Shown here piece after piece: positions 61,600 to 64,000 of a stretch of DNA of 64,000 nucleotides. Position 1 is the stretch's first letter, and every line of letters starts with the position of its first letter. A program made the translations under genes and the position numbers. The stretch lies in assembly GCF_009914755.1 (NCBI RefSeq), contig NC_060945.1; one strand, given 5' to 3'. The notes beneath the pieces are model-generated. The model did not search any database. It had not been told where the DNA came from and saw nothing but the letters and a program-made list of their open reading frames with translations. The stretch is from the human T2T-CHM13v2.0 reference genome, Homo sapiens.

Positions 61600-62324
61600 G
61601 TAGGTAAAAATGTGCCACACTTCTTAAAATTGTTGCTTTTACCTAAAGGGTTTTCCATGCCATACTTACTATTCTTGGTTTTTGTTTTTTGAAATGAAAT
61701 GCTGTATGTACAGTGTGAGCTGTTCTCTAAGCATGATTTTCTACTACTGGTAGATGATGAGTCAGTCTTCACCACTGTCATCACCTACCCCACCCTACTT
61801 CCAACTCCCTAAAAGTCCACCATTCCTTTAGAGTTGTAGTATATTTATATCAATTACTGATAACTTTAGTGTAAATTAGGTTTAACCATTGTTTGTAATA
61901 AAACCTACCACTTTGTTGGGAGTAACTTTTAGAGGAAGAGATTCATGGGGTGAAATCTCACCGTCCCGGAAGCATGGGTTATACTCAGCTATTTAGTCAG
62001 GGTGTGCCAGCGATGAGTTTGCATGTTAGTACTTGTGATCCTTTTTCTCCCCTGTGATGTAGATTTGGTTTCCTTATTTCAGAGCTGGGAAAACACGTCA
62101 AGATAGATTAAAAGTAATCTGCCCGATACATAAAAAATCAACAACAACAAAAAAGTAATCTGCCCAAGATTATACAGCTAGGAAGGGTGAGGCCAGTATT
62201 TGAACCCAGGCTTTTTACTTGGTATTACAATTAATGAATTAAAAAAAAAGATTATAGGTATTTATTTATTTATTTATTTTTGATTATAGGTATTTATTTT
62301 TAAAAATCTTTATTTTCTTCTTAG

Positions 62325-62539
62325 CTTTGGCTTCAGTGACAAAGTCACCATGAATGGTCATGTCCCAGTTGGATTATATGGGAATGGCTTCAAGTCGGGT
62401 TCTATGCGTCTGGGTAAAGACGCAATCGTTTTTACCAAAAATGGAGAAAGCATGAGCGTGGGCCTTTTGTCTCAGACCTACTTGGAAGTCATAAAAGCGG
62501 AGCATGTTGTTGTTCCAATAGTGGCATTCAACAAGCACC
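62325..62539 (+). CDS. MORC3: MORC3 exon 4, [30 protein letters not shown]...VPIVAFNKH
   Basis: ttcttcttAG acceptor, 215 nt; GHKL motif III GxYGxGFK; ends at U12 donor ATATCCTTT. Confidence 0.96.
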
Positions 62540-63366
62540 ATATCCTTTTGGTTGTGAAATAAAAGCTGTGGAGAAACTGAAGAAATAATTTGGAAACATT
62601 CTATGTTTTTGCCTTCTTCCAGATTATTCCCTTTGAATAACACCTATTCCATTTCTTACCTCTGTCCTCTGCATTTACCCTACACCTGAGGCTAAGGGTT
62701 TGTCCCTTTCTCTTCTCTGTTGGAATCCTGCTATGGAAATACTCAACATTTTATGTTAAACTTCCCATAGCTCTTCTGTTTACTTCAGGGTTATTGTAGA
62801 CTAGTAAGACTTTATGGTTTGGCTTGAAAATTTGACTAGTGACCACAAAAGGCAGGATAACTTTAGGAAAATGCCTTTTGTATGAACACATTGGAATATT
62901 AGAAAGTATTAAGTTAGTTAGGAATAATAATCTGCTTATTTTTTATTCTTCTTCTTGTTCATTTGAAATCAAACTGCCATGTTAAAACTTAGAAAATAGG
63001 CTGAGCTCGGTGGCTGATCCCTGAAATTCCACCACTTTGGGAGGCCAAGACAGAAGGATTGCTTGAGCCCGGAATTTTGAGACCAGCCCAAGCAACGTAG
63101 GGAGACCCTGTCTCTACAAAAAAAATTTAAAAATTAGCCGGTCGTGGTGGTGGGTGCCTGTGGTCGGTCCCAGCTAGGCTGCAGTTAGCCCTGATCATGT
63201 TACTGCACTCTAGCCTAAGCAATAGTGAGACCCTATCTCACAAAAAAAAAAACCTTAGAAAATTATTTATAAATAGTTTTTCTGTTATTTAAGTTTATAG
63301 AGTTAGTTTTCATATTGTAATTATGAAAACTATGTTGTCAATCTGAGTCTTTAACTTATGATATAC
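62540..63366 (+). other. MORC3: U12-type (minor spliceosome) AT-AC intron, MORC3 intron 4, 827 nt
   Basis: 5'ss ATATCCTTT; branch site TCTTTAAC 63348-63355; terminal AC at 63365-63366; joining C|GA restores the frame (NKH-R-QMINL). Confidence 0.95.
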
Positions 63367-63514
63367 GACAGATGATTAATTTAGCAGAATCAAAAGCCAG
63401 CCTTGCTGCAATTCTGGAACATTCTCTGTTTTCCACGGAACAGAAGTTACTGGCAGAACTTGATGCTATTATAGGCAAGAAGGGGACGAGGATCATCATT
63501 TGGAATCTTAGAAG
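63367..63514 (+). CDS. MORC3: MORC3 exon 5, (R)[48 protein letters not shown](S)
   Basis: AC acceptor, AAG|gtaaac donor, 148 nt; GT.IIIWNL motif of MORC ATPases. Confidence 0.95.
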
Positions 63515-63731
63515 GTAAACGTGGACATAGATGTTGACCGTTTGGGAAGTAAAGTGCACGTGCAGGGTGGTGGTGTTATATTCATCTCTCGTTACACACA
63601 GTAGAAATACATGGAAAGGTACTCATTTTTTGGTGTAGTTACTGATTTGTCTTTGCCCAGGATATGTTATAGAGGCCATTTCAGCTTCAATTTGAGATAT
63701 TTTCATCTTGTTAAAAAAAATTTTTTTTTGA

Positions 63732-64000
<269 letters not shown>

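Overview
Human (primate) genomic DNA, very Alu-rich, recognisable as the chr21 DOP1B-MORC3 region. On the + strand are the last 10 coding exons and 3'UTR of DOP1B/DOPEY2 (1586-~18830). On the - strand, convergent with it, is a processed SRSF9 pseudogene (~19354-20345). A repeat-dominated intergenic interval follows, with nested LTRs and an internally deleted but two-ended L1PA at 37898-41724. The CpG-island promoter and first five exons of MORC3 (GHKL ATPase; ATG at 44853) are on the + strand. All exon boundaries were checked for splice signals and reading-frame continuity. The most notable points are a U12-type AT-AC intron in MORC3 with tandem alternative acceptors, an SRSF9 retrocopy that appears to record an in-frame alternative splice form, an L1 antisense promoter facing MORC3, perfect hairpins near MORC3, a candidate antisense exon in DOP1B, and a 26-bp orphan retroposed insert. 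I found no convincing wholly new biological system. Almost all listed ORFs are Alu/L1 artefacts. Gene and repeat-subfamily names come from recalled sequences and were not database-checked.
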